From Methanomicrobiales archaeon (GTDB taxonomy: Archaea > Halobacteriota > Methanomicrobia > Methanomicrobiales > JACTUA01), in contig JASEFH010000017.1 of NCBI GenBank assembly GCA_030019205.1, positions 1-61,181 on the forward strand: 61,181 bases of DNA, read 5' to 3'. Below are positions 50,827 through 60,678 of the stretch, one piece after another. The notes beneath the pieces were generated by a model that saw nothing but the letters and a program-made list of their open reading frames with translations, was not told the DNA's origin and did not search any database. Each line of letters begins with the position of its first letter. Within the stretch, counting starts at the first letter, position 1. Made by a program: the position numbers and the translations under genes.

Positions 50827-51273
50827 CTATGCCGGCGGACTCCCGCCGGGGTTCCGGGCCATCGGGCAGACGTTGCAGCCCTCCATCTCCCCGAAGCAGA
50901 AGAGGAACCGTTCGCGGATGCTCCGCGGTAGGCGGGCCTCGGGGATGGGGTAGAACCCGAAGGTCTTATAGAACGGGATGAGGGGCAGGGTCGAGTGGAT
51001 GTAGATCGTCTCGGCGCCGCAGGTGTCGATGAGGAGTTCGACCGCCTCGCGGGCGTAGCCCTTCCCCCGGTACGCGTCCAGCGTGAAGACGCAGTCCATC
51101 TCCAGGCCGTCGGGGTGGCGGGTGCAGCGGGCGGTGGCGGCGAGGGTGCCGTCTAGGAAGACGCCGAAGATCCTCTCGCGGGCGGGATCGGCCTTCTGGT
51201 TGCGGTACTGCTCCCAGATCTTCTCGGCGAGGGGGAACTCTTCCGGCGTCAGGATGCGGGTCTCGGGTTTCAT
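50827..51273 (-). CDS. GNAT-family N-acetyltransferase
   Basis: …IYIHSTLPLIPFYKTFGF… with an acetyl-CoA pocket (RGKGYAREAVE). Start at MKPETRIL. Confidence 0.78.
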   Translation of the reverse strand: MKPETRILTPEEFPLAEKIWEQYRNQKADPARERIFGVFLDGTLAATARCTRHPDGLEMDCVFTLDAYRGKGYAREAVELLIDTCGAETIYIHSTLPLIPFYKTFGFYPIPEARLPRSIRERFLFCFGEMEGCNVCPMARNPGGSPPA

Positions 51274-51492
51274 CGGTCTCTCCGGTGACGATGGGCGGAT
51301 ACGCTCTCCTCCCTGATATATGCTTGCGGTCTGCGGGGGCAGGGGGCGTCCGCGCCCCGCGGTGCATGCGGAGATTCGGGGGATCCCCCGGGATTCGGTG
51401 CGGACCCCGAGCCTCCCCAGGGGTTCTTCCGCAAAGCCCTTCAGGCAGCAGTTAGTATTATGATCCCGGAGCGCCAAAGGTACTGGTCAGGT

Positions 51493-51563
51493 GCGATAGT
51501 AGTCTAGTGGCAGGACAGGGGCTTCCCAAGCCTCTAGCCCGGGTTCGAATCCCGGCTATCGCA
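51493..51563 (+). tRNA. tRNA-Gly (anticodon CCC)
   Basis: Hand-folded cloverleaf. Acceptor GCGATAG/CTATCGC; D stem GTCT/GGAC; anticodon stem GGGGC/GCCTC with loop TTCCCAA; T arm CCGGG-TTCGAAT-CCCGG; discriminator A. No CCA is encoded. Confidence 0.85.
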
Positions 51564-51899
51564 TCCCTCTTCTCGGTCACCGTTTATGCACACCCGTTCC
51601 GGGTCACCCCTGACCCGCGACTGCCGGGAGATATTTTCTCCACGAGGTCCGGCCGGTGACTGCCGAGCCCGATAGGCTTTGCGCCCGGGAGAACGCGGCC
51701 AAAATCCCGACGGACGCTGCGCATTTCCGCGAATGCATCGCCGAACGTCGGGCGGACCGGCACGATCGTCTCCTGCCCGGTCACCGGGCGGGGCTTCACC
51801 GCTCTCTTCCCGGAGATGCTGGAAGCGGATCTCTGCGGGGTATCGCACGCGCATAGAGTCCTGAGGTCGGCCGTTCACGCAGAACCCCCCGGCGGGGGG

Positions 51900-52350
51900 A
51901 AGGGGTCCTCGAGCAGTGCTGCCGCTGGCTGAACGAGAACGGCTACCCCAGCATCCCGGAGAGTAGACGACCGGGGTGGCCGCCATCTCTCCCGGGGAGA
52001 TCCGCCCCATGGTCCATTCCTCTCGCCGCCTGGTGGACGGGACAGGGATCCCGCCCCCTCTGCGAGGGGGGGATCCGCATCGGCGAGTTCGGGACCCTGA
52101 AGCGGGGCGATCCCGCCTTCGGCGCTGCATCCGCCCGATCATGGCCCGCGAGTGCCTCGCCACGCCCGAGGGTGATGCCCTGCTCTCTGTCACCGTCAGG
52201 GGGAGCCCTTCACCCCCGCCACCATCCCGCGGCTGCAGGTCATCGCGGAGGAGGCGGGTATCACAGGGCATATCGTCCCCGCATCTTACCGGCCTGGTGT
52301 TCCAGACCTATGCCCGCCTGACCGGCGCCGATATCGATGCCGCGATGTGA
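51900..52350 (+). pseudogene. decayed tyrosine recombinase/integrase remnant downstream of tRNA-Gly
   Basis: Integrase-like peptide fragments are scattered over three frames (…GEIRPMVHSSRRLVDGTGI…, …IRIGEFGTLKRGDPAFG…, …LSVTVRGEPFTPATIPRLQVIAEEAGITGHIVP…) with stops and shifts between them. Confidence 0.35.
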
Positions 52351-52737
52351 CAGCCCCACGGCATTGCCGGGACGGTGGAAAAAGCCTCCTCCCGCCGGGA
52401 ACCGATCCTCGGCCCCCTGCAAGACGATCAACTCCCCGCTCTCCAACTACCGATCGAGCTGCGGCTGTTCCTTGACGGCCGGTGTCATCCCGACTCAGGA
52501 GGGGATGCAGAAGGATATCCTCGGTAACCCCGGGGTGCCGCGGGCCCTGTTGACCGGGCTGATCGAGGAGAAGCGGAAGAATGGCAGCCTGCGAGTGTCG
52601 GAGCGACTGTCCCTGATTGTGTATGATTCGTGCACAATTTGGTGATGATCTGTAACCATCCCAGATTACAATCTTATCCGAAGAGCAGGTTTCAATGGAC
52701 CTGGAATGGATCAGCGGAGAAAAGAGGGTATCATGAG

Positions 52738-53142
52738 TTACCCTTGAGACGACTCCTCCATGGAGGTTCTTTTTACTTTGGTGGATAGAGCCTTCTCTTC
52801 ACCCTCGTGTGGCGCATATGTTTCTATCTGACCACCACGATGCACGGCCTCGAGGGTTCTGAGGGTGACCTCTGCCAGTTTTTTAGCTGCTGCATGGGAC
52901 ATGAATATTCGTGTTGCATTGACCAGGACTTTGCCATCTCTCTTGACACCCGGCATTTCAAGAAAATCAATAAACACGTCGCGTGTTGAACAGGTTATAT
53001 AGGCAGTGTTGGAGTAGCGGGTGATGGTAACGTCCGGTACCATGTCTGCCGGGTCGAAGGCATACATCGCCTTTAGATCGATCTCCATAGGTTCGTTATC
53101 CAATGTTCCGGGTTCCTGTTTGTTTGCTTTACTTTTCGCCAT
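52738..53142 (-). CDS. DUF3467-domain protein
   Basis: YSNTAYITCSTRDVFIDFLEMPG…ATRIFMSHAAAKKLAEVL matches the DUF3467 core. The alternative start at 53172 would overlap the upstream gene. Confidence 0.6.
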   Translation of the reverse strand: MAKSKANKQEPGTLDNEPMEIDLKAMYAFDPADMVPDVTITRYSNTAYITCSTRDVFIDFLEMPGVKRDGKVLVNATRIFMSHAAAKKLAEVTLRTLEAVHRGGQIETYAPHEGEEKALSTKVKRTSMEESSQG

Positions 53143-53143
53143 A

Positions 53144-53650
53144 TCATGTACCTGCCGAGCGTGCGATTCCATACTCTCCTTTGATCAAATAGCTCGGTTC
53201 AGAGGTCGAGAGCTGGGAGTTCACGAGTTTGTATTCTCCCACGGTTGCAACAGCGTGGGATGCGACCTCGCTCCCGAGAACCGTCTTGCAATAGTGTTTG
53301 ATTGCCGTATCCATGCACTCCGATCCTTCTCGATCATCCAGGATGGCAAAGGACAGGAACGTGAGTGCCACGAAGCGTTTGCACTCTGTGTTGACGCTGT
53401 ACACGGGATGCTTGTCACCATGCTTGATGAGCAGCCCCAAGTCCGTGAGTGTTTTCAGTGCGTCCCGGATTGTGGGCGCTGTACATCCTGTCAGTTCCAC
53501 TAGATCCTTGGGGCGGTAGAGCGAATGCGGGTCCGCAACAATCTCCTGGACAACCTGAGCGAGTGCCGCATCCCCAAATATGCCCCCAAACGGTGAATCG
53601 ATAAATGTATCATCGACTTCACGTCGGGGATTCACGCCATTCTCTATCAT
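53144..53650 (-). CDS. winged helix-turn-helix transcriptional regulator
   Basis: DLVELTGCTAPTIRDALKTLTDLGLLIKHGDK is a wHTH. It is co-oriented with, and abuts, the DUF3467 gene. Confidence 0.5.
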   Translation of the reverse strand: MIENGVNPRREVDDTFIDSPFGGIFGDAALAQVVQEIVADPHSLYRPKDLVELTGCTAPTIRDALKTLTDLGLLIKHGDKHPVYSVNTECKRFVALTFLSFAILDDREGSECMDTAIKHYCKTVLGSEVASHAVATVGEYKLVNSQLSTSEPSYLIKGEYGIARSAGT

Positions 53651-54105
53651 AGATCGTGATGGTAGATGGTGCAGAATAGATAATAATTTTTCCGTTATGG
53701 AAAAAACATTATTCAAATTTCTGCCAGTGCCGGTGGTGGGGGATCTCCTCTCCGTAGTACTGCATCCACTGGTCCGCCCATACCAGATCGTGGAGTTTCA
53801 CCACCTTATCCCCCGTTGAGCCGTGTCAGTAGATGCCGATGCGGTCCTGCCCGAGGTCATTGATGGTCGTCTCCACTTCAAGGCCCAGATCCTGCCACTT
53901 CCTCTCGCACTTCGTGAGACGCTGCTGTCCTCCTCTCTTTTTCAACCAGGCCAGGAAACGAACTCCGATTGAACCCGGATCCGGATGCGGCGGGTGAGGT
54001 GGGGCGGCCGGCATGTATCCTCAGTCCGTTGTCAATTTTCTGAATGCATAAAGGATAGGCAAGCGCTGTAAATATACTGACAAATAAGTCCCTTTTTACT
54101 AAAAA

Positions 54106-54318
54106 TTAAATGTGAAGTCTGCTTAAGACGCCAAGAACTCCCAGGATTCCCAGGGCAAATCCGATGGCCACACCGCCGACGAGTGCCAGTGTCCCGACAA
54201 TCTCGTTGACCTGGGTGATACAGAGGATGATGCCCGTGGCGATCAATACCCCGACGATACCGCTCCCGCCTAAGCCCATCCCAAAAATCCTTTGAGCCAA
54301 TGCATCACCTCCATTCAT
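54106..54318 (-). CDS. small hydrophobic membrane protein (70 aa)
   Basis: Two predicted TM helices. Its start overlaps the stop of the upstream nuclease-like gene by 1 nt. Confidence 0.4.
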   Translation of the reverse strand: MNGGDALAQRIFGMGLGGSGIVGVLIATGIILCITQVNEIVGTLALVGGVAIGFALGILGVLGVLSRLHI

Positions 54319-54608
54319 CAGAGAGATTTTCTCCTGCTGATCAGCCGTACGTTAGGCCGGAATCTGTCGCGGTACTCGATGGCAGGTCGTGTGAACCCGG
54401 CCTTGCTGTCCACTTCTGACACGCCTTTGTCTCGGATCAGTCTCTGGAGCTCAGGACGGGTGACTTTGGAAGATCGGCATTTGACTTCCCCCTTCACCGA
54501 GCCTCTCTGGTAGTCGTGATTCCCCGGGCCGCCTACATGCCTTGCCCCGTGCTCCTTGGCCTTCCGTTTCTCGTAGTCGAGGCCACGTTTTACATGATTC
54601 CCTGGCAT
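54318..54608 (-). CDS. small PD-(D/E)xK nuclease-fold protein, Hjc (archaeal Holliday-junction resolvase)-like
   Basis: KRGLDYEKRKAKEHGARHVGGPGNHDYQRGSVKGEVKCRS parallels Hjc motifs (KG.ERE…G…R…G…vD…iEVK). Confidence 0.45.
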   Translation of the reverse strand: MPGNHVKRGLDYEKRKAKEHGARHVGGPGNHDYQRGSVKGEVKCRSSKVTRPELQRLIRDKGVSEVDSKAGFTRPAIEYRDRFRPNVRLISRRKSL

Positions 54609-54693
54609 TTGTTTTCACTGTTATATTATTTTCAATAATAAAATTTTGAAATTTTTATTTTAGCATTCATAGCATCCTTACTATGGTTAACAT
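54609..54693. promoter_or_regulatory. AT-rich divergent promoter region
   Basis: ttgttttcactgttatattattttcaataataaaattttgaaatttttattttagc lies between the divergent 54318..54608 and 54694..55494 genes. Confidence 0.45.
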
Positions 54694-55494
54694 ATGCAGG
54701 GCATCGAAAAGACGGTTCACATCATCCCCCTCGGATACGAGATCGATCGGGCCGTAAAACCGTTCGAGAAGACGAAGGCCGACCGTGTATACCTATTGAC
54801 GACGTTGCATCCATCGAACCCGGACGATGTCCGGAGTAAGGATCAGCGGCACTACACGGAGACTGTGAAAAGGATTCTGGAAGATATGGAGATTCAGGTA
54901 CAGTGCGTCCATGTGGATCTCTTCGATCTGCTCGACGTGATGAAAGAGATCTCGAAGATCATCCTTCGGGAGAAGGCCAACAACAATCGAATTTTTGTGA
55001 ACATGTCTGCTAGCGGAAGGCTCACTTCTGTCGCTTCCACCCTTGTTGGAATGGCCCACGATGTCACGGTGTATTATGTCCCTGCCGAGGATTACCCTGT
55101 CGACGAGGTCCTCCGCAGAGATCACGGCTTGAGAATCTGCTCTCCAGATGATGATATCCAGAAGCTGGTGAACTTCCAGTTCGTCATGCCGGATCCCATC
55201 GGCAGACAGATCCTCCTGCACCTGTGCAGCGAGAGAAGGCGGTTGAAGATGAGAGATATTCTGAGTGTCCTGAAGAAAGAGAAGGTTGAGGGGTTCGAGG
55301 AGCTGTTCGATGAGATCCGGGATGGCAACAAAAGAGCGGAGCAGAGTCGCCAGCTCATGAAGCTGGACAGGACCATCCTGGCGAAGCTCGAAAAGAACGG
55401 GTGGATCGCGCGGGAAAAGGTCGGACGGACCGTCTTCATATCCATAACGGAATCCGGGAAATACGCCGCATGTATCAGCGGTTATTTGGACTAG
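54694..55494 (+). CDS. HFX_2341-like archaeal transcriptional regulator (Rossmann-like N-domain plus C-terminal wHTH)
   Basis: VHIIPLGYEIDRAVKPFEK…RVYLLT is a Rossmann-like sensor domain. The C-terminus reads ILSVLKKEKVEGFEELFDEI…TILAKLEKNGWIAREKVGRTVFISITESG (wHTH). Confidence 0.5.
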   Translation: MQGIEKTVHIIPLGYEIDRAVKPFEKTKADRVYLLTTLHPSNPDDVRSKDQRHYTETVKRILEDMEIQVQCVHVDLFDLLDVMKEISKIILREKANNNRIFVNMSASGRLTSVASTLVGMAHDVTVYYVPAEDYPVDEVLRRDHGLRICSPDDDIQKLVNFQFVMPDPIGRQILLHLCSERRRLKMRDILSVLKKEKVEGFEELFDEIRDGNKRAEQSRQLMKLDRTILAKLEKNGWIAREKVGRTVFISITESGKYAACISGYLD

Positions 55495-56399
55495 GGTACA
55501 ATCATGCAGTATTCGGTATCGTGATTGTATTTGAGTGCTGTATTCTCGGCCAATACATTGTCAAATGTGTCTCTACACAATTGAGAAAGGAATATTATTG
55601 ACTGAATGTAAAATCTAAGCCAAATTCTCAGCTTTTCAGTTCTACAAATACAGTTTCGTCTCATTCACTCCTCCACTCTAATAGAATGATCCAACGAAAT
55701 TTCTCCGTGTGGTCATGGGCATCGCGACTGAAAACCCCCCAATATCGCACACCGGGCGCTGAAACGGCAGTCATTCCAGCTTTTCACTCACCGCACGACA
55801 GCATCACCAGCACTATCACCTTTCCATCCCTATGGTGCCTGTCCCATACCCCGAATCCCCCGCAGCGTTCCGCCGCTCCCTGCACCACGCAATCAAAGTG
55901 ATTAACATGGGGAAGTAAAAATTTTCAAGTGAACAAATGGAGGCATAACAATGCTTGAAAAGAGATGTTCCTTCAACAGGGGCATCGTTCGCAAAATGAT
56001 AGTCTTTGGACTGAGTACTTTGGTCGAGCGGAGGGAATGGACGTGCGCAACGGAATAAGCGGCAACTCTCACACTAACTTGCCCCTAATACGTGATAGGA
56101 CTGCCAAAGTGCATTAACTACGCGATGAAAAATTCTGACGGACCAAGAATGGCAGCCCCTCTCTTATTGGATAGATATTGTTCCATGTGGAACAATTTTG
56201 TTATCCAGTTGCATCGGATATTGGACGTATTCGAGTGGAATAGGTGCGACACTGTCGCAACTATTGTTTGCCAGTCTGCTATGCCCTCCAGCATCCATGA
56301 CTCTGACATTCTATCGCCATTAGCCTAAATCGCAACATTATTCTTTTCCGATTTTCGATACTTGCATACAGTAACTATTGCATTTATCAGGAGAAGGCG

Positions 56400-58016
56400 A
56401 TGGCACGGGGGAGCAGGACCGCAAGGAACCAGAGCAAAAGATCCGGAAACGGGGCCAATCTCGGGTTTGAGGCAACGCTCTGGGCCGCTGCTGACAAGAT
56501 GCGCAACAACATGGATGCGGCCGAGTACAAGCACGTGGTCCTCGGCCTCATCTTCCTGAAGTACATCTCCGATGCGTTCGACGAGCGCCACACCCGGCTC
56601 GAGACGGAGCTGGGCGATCCGAAGAGCCTCTGGTACATCCGCGAGCCCCAGGCCCGCTACCGCGCCCTCGAGGATCCGGACGAGTACCGGGCGGAGAACG
56701 TCTTCTGGGTCCCGAAGGAGGCCCGCTGGTCCTACCTGCAGGCGAATGCGAAGCAGCCCACCATTGGAAAGATCCTTGACGAGGCGATGGTCGCGATCGA
56801 GCGGGACAATGTATCGCTCAAGGGTGTGCTCCCGAAGGACTACGCCCGCCCCGCCTTGGACAAACAGCGCCTCGGCGAGCTGATCGATCTCATCGGGACC
56901 ATCGGTCTCGGAGACAAGGAGAACCGTTCAAAGGACATCCTCGGGAGAGTGTACGAGTACTTCCTCTCCCAGTTCGCGAGTGCCGAGGGGAAGAAGGGCG
57001 GCCAGTTCTACACGCCCCGCTGCGTGGTGCGGGTGCTGGTGGAGATGCTCGCGCCGTACAGGGGGCGGGTCTTCGACCCCTGCTGCGGCTCGGGGGGCAT
57101 GTTCGTCCAGAGCGAGAAGTTCGTCGAGGCCCACGGCGGACGGATCGGGGATATCAGCATCTACGGGCAGGAGTCCAACCCGACGACCTGGCGGCTGGCA
57201 AAGATGAACCTGGCCATCCGGGGCATCGACGCCGATCTCGGGAAGGAGCACGCGGACAGCTTCCACCGCGATCTCCACCCGGACCTAAAGGCCGACTACA
57301 TCCTCGCCAACCCGCCGTTCAACATGAGCGACTGGGGTGGTGAGCGGCTCCGGGAAGATGCCCGCTGGAAGTACGGAGTCCCGCCGGTGGGCAACGCCAA
57401 CTTCGCCTGGGTGCAGCACTTTATCCACCACCTGGCCCCGACCGGTCTTGCCGGGTTCGTGCTCGCGAACGGTTCGATGTCCTCGAACCAGTCCGGCGAG
57501 GGGGAGATCCGCCAGAACATCATCGAGGCGGACCTGGTGGACTGCATGGTGGCGATGCCAGGGCAGCTCTTCTACTCGACGCAGATCCCCGTCTGTCTCT
57601 GGTTCCTGGCCCGCGACAAGAAGAACCACCGCTTCCGCGATCGACGGGGGAAGATCCTCTTCATCGATGCCCGCAAGCTGGGCCATATGATCGACCGGGT
57701 GCATCGGGACCTCTCCGAGGAGGATATCGCCCGCATCGCCGGGACCTACCATGCCTGGCGGGGCGATGCCGGGGCGGCGACGTACGAAGACGTGCCGGGT
57801 TTCTGCAAGAGCGCGACCATCGAGGAGGTGCGGCAGAACGGGTATGTGCTCACGCCGGGGAGGTATGTGGGTGCGGAAGTAGTGGAGGACGATGGCGAGC
57901 CGTTCGATGAGAAGATGCAGCGGCTCACTGCGAAATTGAAGGAGCAGTTCGCAGAGTCCGAGCGGCTGGAAGCGGTGATCCGGGAGAACCTGAAGGGGCT
58001 CGGGTTTGAGATTTAA
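56400..58016 (+). CDS. hsdM: type I restriction-modification system DNA methyltransferase subunit
   Basis: HsdM N-terminus ([34 protein letters not shown]), AdoMet motif ([12 protein letters not shown]) and catalytic NPPF ([12 protein letters not shown]). Confidence 0.9.
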   Translation: MARGSRTARNQSKRSGNGANLGFEATLWAAADKMRNNMDAAEYKHVVLGLIFLKYISDAFDERHTRLETELGDPKSLWYIREPQARYRALEDPDEYRAENVFWVPKEARWSYLQANAKQPTIGKILDEAMVAIERDNVSLKGVLPKDYARPALDKQRLGELIDLIGTIGLGDKENRSKDILGRVYEYFLSQFASAEGKKGGQFYTPRCVVRVLVEMLAPYRGRVFDPCCGSGGMFVQSEKFVEAHGGRIGDISIYGQESNPTTWRLAKMNLAIRGIDADLGKEHADSFHRDLHPDLKADYILANPPFNMSDWGGERLREDARWKYGVPPVGNANFAWVQHFIHHLAPTGLAGFVLANGSMSSNQSGEGEIRQNIIEADLVDCMVAMPGQLFYSTQIPVCLWFLARDKKNHRFRDRRGKILFIDARKLGHMIDRVHRDLSEEDIARIAGTYHAWRGDAGAATYEDVPGFCKSATIEEVRQNGYVLTPGRYVGAEVVEDDGEPFDEKMQRLTAKLKEQFAESERLEAVIRENLKGLGFEI

Positions 58017-58035
58017 GAATAAGGGAGCACATTCT

Positions 58036-59757
58036 ATGAGTATTCCCACAAATAGTGAAATAATCGCCCTTTTAAACCAGCTTGAAAATACATCTGCCGA
58101 TAATCTTGAAACCCAGAACCTCGATTTCAAACCCTGGACCGATGCGAAAAATGACTTGAGAATCGCGGTTGAATACGCTGTTTGTTTTGCCAATACGACC
58201 GGTGGAGTTGTCGTCTTTGGTGTGTCCGATAGGATAACAGGACGCTCTCGTGCGATTCACGGTGCACAGGGCTATGATATCGATGTATGGCGCAGAGGGA
58301 TCTTTGATAGTACTCGGCCACATATTCTTGCAGATGTGGAGGAACTTGCCGTTCCCGAGGGCACCGGACATCTTTTAGTGGTACGCGTGCCAAAAGGGGA
58401 TTCCCCACCCTATGGCACGGCTCTGGGAATTTTCAAGCGGAGGGTTGGTAAGAACTGTATGCCGATGGACCCTGCGGAATTCGTATCCTACCGTGTCTCA
58501 ACGGGTGCTGTTGACTGGAGCGGTCAGCCAGCTCACAATGTCTCAATAGATGATCTCGATCCCCTTGAGGTTGCAAGAGCACGTTCCTTCCTGCGAAGTC
58601 GCAATCCCGAGTCCGAGCTTCTTAAAATGCCTGATTATGCATTTCTGCAGGGTCTTGAAGCGATTCGCGACGATGCCGTTACAAATACGGGTTTAATCCT
58701 TTTTGGCAACCCGGACATTATAGAAACCCATTGTCCACAGAACCAGGTGCATTACGTCCACCAGGTCTCCGAAACCAATGTCGCGAGAAATGATCTGTGG
58801 AGGATGAGTCTCCTCCAGATCATTGAGAAACTGGAGGGGATATTTTCGAGTCCAGCCAATCCGGAGGAAGAGATTCCCATGGGCCTTTTCAGGCTTCGGA
58901 TCCCGGCGTATCCCCTCGAGGTAGTGAGAGAAGCAGTACTGAATGCGGTGACGCACCGGGATTATACCAACCCGGGTGAAGTGCTCATCCGGCATTCACC
59001 ATATGAACTTGCAGTAACGAGTCCGGGTGGATTCATCGGCGGAATTAACCTCCAGAATATTCTTCGTCATGAGGCTGTGGCTCGGAACCGGACACTGGCG
59101 AACGCTTTTCTCAAACTCAGACTGGTCGAATCTGCTGGCACTGGACGCCGGAAGATCTTCATTCCCATGCTCGAATACGGGAAGAGAATGCCCCAATATG
59201 AAGCAGATGAGTCCTGTGTTACGCTCCGGATATTCGATGGAACGTTTGATCAAGCAATGGCACGGCTCGTAGCCAGCTGGCATGCGAAAGGGAAGGATAT
59301 CGGGATGGATGGTCTCATGGTCCTCACCTACCTGAAGCGTCATCGTTTTATCACATCTTCCGATGCGGCGGCGTTGCTCCAGCTGGATCGTGAGGAGGCC
59401 ATCAGTGTGCTGGATCGCATGAGCCATCCCAAGAGGGGCCTTCTTGAGCGGAAAGGTCACGTTCGCATGGCGACGTATTACCTCACCAAGTCCGTGGCCA
59501 AGGATTTGATCGGGAAGGTTGCGTATTCCTCTACAAAAGGGATCGATCCCACCCGATACATGGAACTGGTCCGGGAATTTGTGCAAGATCACGGGAGCAT
59601 AACGAATAGAGAGTGCCGCCAGTTATTCGGGCTTGGCGATTCCCCTTCAGCTCAGGTGGAAGTATCCCGATATTTGAGAAAGTGGTCTGGTCCGGACGGG
59701 TTCCTCATCCCCGAGGGCAGGTCCTCCCAAAGAAAATACCGATTACGGAGTTCTTAA
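58036..59757 (+). CDS. AlbA_2 (Schlafen-like 'divergent AAA') plus HATPase_c_4 domain protein (often annotated RecG-like/transcriptional regulator)
   Basis: The N-terminus (…NLDFKPWTDAKNDLRIAVEYAVCFANTTGGVVVFGVSD…) is the Schlafen/AlbA_2 core. A central ATPase-like domain and a C-terminal wHTH-like region follow. It starts 20 bp after the hsdM stop. Confidence 0.7.
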   Translation: MSIPTNSEIIALLNQLENTSADNLETQNLDFKPWTDAKNDLRIAVEYAVCFANTTGGVVVFGVSDRITGRSRAIHGAQGYDIDVWRRGIFDSTRPHILADVEELAVPEGTGHLLVVRVPKGDSPPYGTALGIFKRRVGKNCMPMDPAEFVSYRVSTGAVDWSGQPAHNVSIDDLDPLEVARARSFLRSRNPESELLKMPDYAFLQGLEAIRDDAVTNTGLILFGNPDIIETHCPQNQVHYVHQVSETNVARNDLWRMSLLQIIEKLEGIFSSPANPEEEIPMGLFRLRIPAYPLEVVREAVLNAVTHRDYTNPGEVLIRHSPYELAVTSPGGFIGGINLQNILRHEAVARNRTLANAFLKLRLVESAGTGRRKIFIPMLEYGKRMPQYEADESCVTLRIFDGTFDQAMARLVASWHAKGKDIGMDGLMVLTYLKRHRFITSSDAAALLQLDREEAISVLDRMSHPKRGLLERKGHVRMATYYLTKSVAKDLIGKVAYSSTKGIDPTRYMELVREFVQDHGSITNRECRQLFGLGDSPSAQVEVSRYLRKWSGPDGFLIPEGRSSQRKYRLRSS

Positions 59758-59770
59758 CAGGGGTCTTAAC

Positions 59771-60022
59771 ATGATGGTTGTTCGAATGATTAAATCATTT
59801 TTAATCGGCTTTAATTTGCATAAATGCGCGAAATTGAGCTTATTTGATATCTTAACAGATCTTTTCATCACGGTACATCGCAGTCACCAATACTATGGAG
59901 AATACGTAAGCTATTATGGCTTCTTCAAGCGAGCTATTGACCCTTCCTGTATCTGCTCACACGGATACGTACAAAATTGTCGCGACGCTGTCATGACTAT
60001 TGGCAAGGTGATGATTCGATGA
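59771..60022 (+). CDS. small hypothetical protein (83 aa) in a low-GC cassette
   Basis: ORF in an approximately 40% GC segment. Its TGA overlaps the next ATG (ATGA), which suggests coupling. Confidence 0.35.
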   Translation: MMVVRMIKSFLIGFNLHKCAKLSLFDILTDLFITVHRSHQYYGEYVSYYGFFKRAIDPSCICSHGYVQNCRDAVMTIGKVMIR

Positions 60023-60678
60023 ACTATCCATCAAAAAAAGAACTATTCGCTCAAGGGATGAAGTCTTCGCAAGCGTCTAATTTCCTGATCTTTGCCAGCT
60101 ACAGCACAAAGGATATTGAAAAGGATTTAGAATATAGTGCTGGAGATTATGCTCACGCAGGTTTCAAGGCTGGACTATCACTTGCCCCTGTACTAGGAGG
60201 ATCATTGGCAGAATTTTTCTCCATGGTTATTGCTCCGCCAATAGAGAAAAGACGCGAAGCCTGGTTGGTGGAAATTCACTCGCGATTAAAATTACTGGAA
60301 AATAAGGTTGAAGGCTTCAAAATTGAAAATCTCGCCCAAAATGAACAATTTATCAGTATACTCCTCTATGCAACTCAAGCAGCAATGAGAACACACCAAC
60401 AGGAAAAACTCGACGCTTTTCGCAACATGGTTGTTAATTCAGCATTAAGGCCAACAATTGATGAAAATTTACAATTGGTTTTCCTGAATCTTGTTGATAG
60501 ATATACTCCTTGGCATTTGGTTATCCTCAAATTTGCAGATAATCCTAGACAATATGGGGAAAGTCTAGGAATCAATTATCCAAATTGGGGCATGGGTAGC
60601 TTAGGAGGTCATCCCAAAACCCTCCAGATCATTAGGGCACAGGCCAGGTATATGAGCCCCAGGAATGAGTGTTCATAG
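60019..60678 (+). CDS. hypothetical protein (low-GC), with its 3' end running into IS sequence (probably truncated)
   Basis: ORF from MNYPSKKELF. The last roughly 25 codons are encoded by the antisense of the IS transposase C-terminus, so the native C-terminus is probably lost. Confidence 0.4.
   Translation: MNYPSKKELFAQGMKSSQASNFLIFASYSTKDIEKDLEYSAGDYAHAGFKAGLSLAPVLGGSLAEFFSMVIAPPIEKRREAWLVEIHSRLKLLENKVEGFKIENLAQNEQFISILLYATQAAMRTHQQEKLDAFRNMVVNSALRPTIDENLQLVFLNLVDRYTPWHLVILKFADNPRQYGESLGINYPNWGMGSLGGHPKTLQIIRAQARYMSPRNECS

Noticed and set aside
53826-54014. 62-aa minus-strand ORF and adjacent open frame (53700-53823)
   Set aside because: It reads like a broken fragment (the sequence continues after a stop as another peptide). 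Probably another gene remnant in the island; no family recognised.
55686-56328. Small ORFs (71, 78 and 63 aa) between the HFX_2341-like gene and hsdM
   Set aside because: No start signals, overlapping each other on both strands, with poor codon bias. The region is better treated as the hsdM promoter and island filler.
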